DNA of 64,000 nt from an uncultured Clostridia bacterium (GTDB taxonomy: Bacteria; Bacillota; Clostridia; Christensenellales; CAG-314). Both the position numbers and the translations under genes were made by a program. Numbering within the stretch: the stretch's first letter is position 1; each line of letters opens with the position of its first letter. The notes under the pieces are model-generated. The model made no database searches. It had not been told where the DNA came from and saw only the letters and a program-made list of their open reading frames with translations. The stretch lies in contig CANQPI010000001.1 of the NCBI GenBank assembly GCA_947625725.1, forward strand, positions 106,324-170,323, read 5' to 3'. This document shows positions 63,364 through 64,000 of this stretch, piece by piece.

Positions 63364-64000
63364 ATGATAAATCTAAGGAATATCAGCAAAACGTATGTAA
63401 CAAAATCCAAAACCGCAACCCAAGCGTTGAAAGATGTAAGTTTGGATATAGAAAACCGCGGTATGATAATCGTATTGGGCAAAAGCGGCAGCGGCAAATC
63501 CACGTTGCTCAACTTGCTCGGCGGCTTAGACGCGCCCACAAGCGGCGAAATTTATGTCGACGGCGTGAGTATGAAACGGTTTTCTCAACGCGACTACGAC
63601 ATGTACCGCAACAATTATGTCGGGTTTATATTTCAGGAGTTTAACTTGCTTGCGGACTTCAATGTCCGCGACAACGTTGCCCTTGCGCTAAAACTTTCCA
63701 AGTCCGATAACATTGACGCAAAAGTAACCGACGCACTGAAGCAAGTGGAACTAAACGACAGTTATCTGAACAGGCGTATCGACGAAATGTCCGGCGGCGA
63801 AAAACAACGTATAGCAATTGCGCGCGCAATAATAAAGGATAGCAAGATCATTCTGGCTGACGAACCCACGGGTAATCTCGACAGCGCAACGGGCGAAAGT
63901 ATTTGGAATATTTTGAAAAATCTATCTCGTGATCGGTTGGTTGTAGTAGTGTCGCACGATCGTGAAAGCGCGGAAAAATACGCCGACAGAATTATTGAGA
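63364..64000 (+). CDS. ABC ATP-binding protein (MacB/LolD-like), truncated by window end
   Basis: GKSGSGKST, FIFQEFNL, MSGGEKQR, ADEPTGNLD. Confidence 0.9.
   Translation, partial: MINLRNISKTYVTKSKTATQALKDVSLDIENRGMIIVLGKSGSGKSTLLNLLGGLDAPTSGEIYVDGVSMKRFSQRDYDMYRNNYVGFIFQEFNLLADFNVRDNVALALKLSKSDNIDAKVTDALKQVELNDSYLNRRIDEMSGGEKQRIAIARAIIKDSKIILADEPTGNLDSATGESIWNILKNLSRDRLVVVVSHDRESAEKYADRIIE

Overview
Chromosomal window from a Clostridia-like Firmicute (lineage inferred from gene content, not verified), standard genetic code. Housekeeping backbone: dnaX(3' end)-ybaB-recR-yabO-ispDF, pgk-tpiA-gpmI, secG-rnr-smpB, typA, glmS, galK-like kinase, regulator-potABCD, pfkA, FMN riboswitch-ribU. Accessory blocks: (i) a ~17 kb array of four paralogous, very acidic modular lipoprotein genes lying where enolase usually sits; two carry single in-frame stops, one has a G9 tract, and an AAA/DUF4143-type ATPase-nuclease gene preceded by a 23-bp tandem array sits in the middle; (ii) an ABC importer operon with a thermonuclease lipoprotein and two OB-fold proteins, one apparently circularly permuted, preceded by a candidate small RNA and a MITE-like hairpin; (iii) a solo Fic gene with repeated operator-like boxes; (iv) a GH20 homologue with a degenerate active site; (v) an AT-rich lipoprotein plus secreted lipase-like gene pair. 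No CRISPR, tRNA, rRNA, transposase, integrase or reverse transcriptase was seen. All product calls come from motif recognition by eye.
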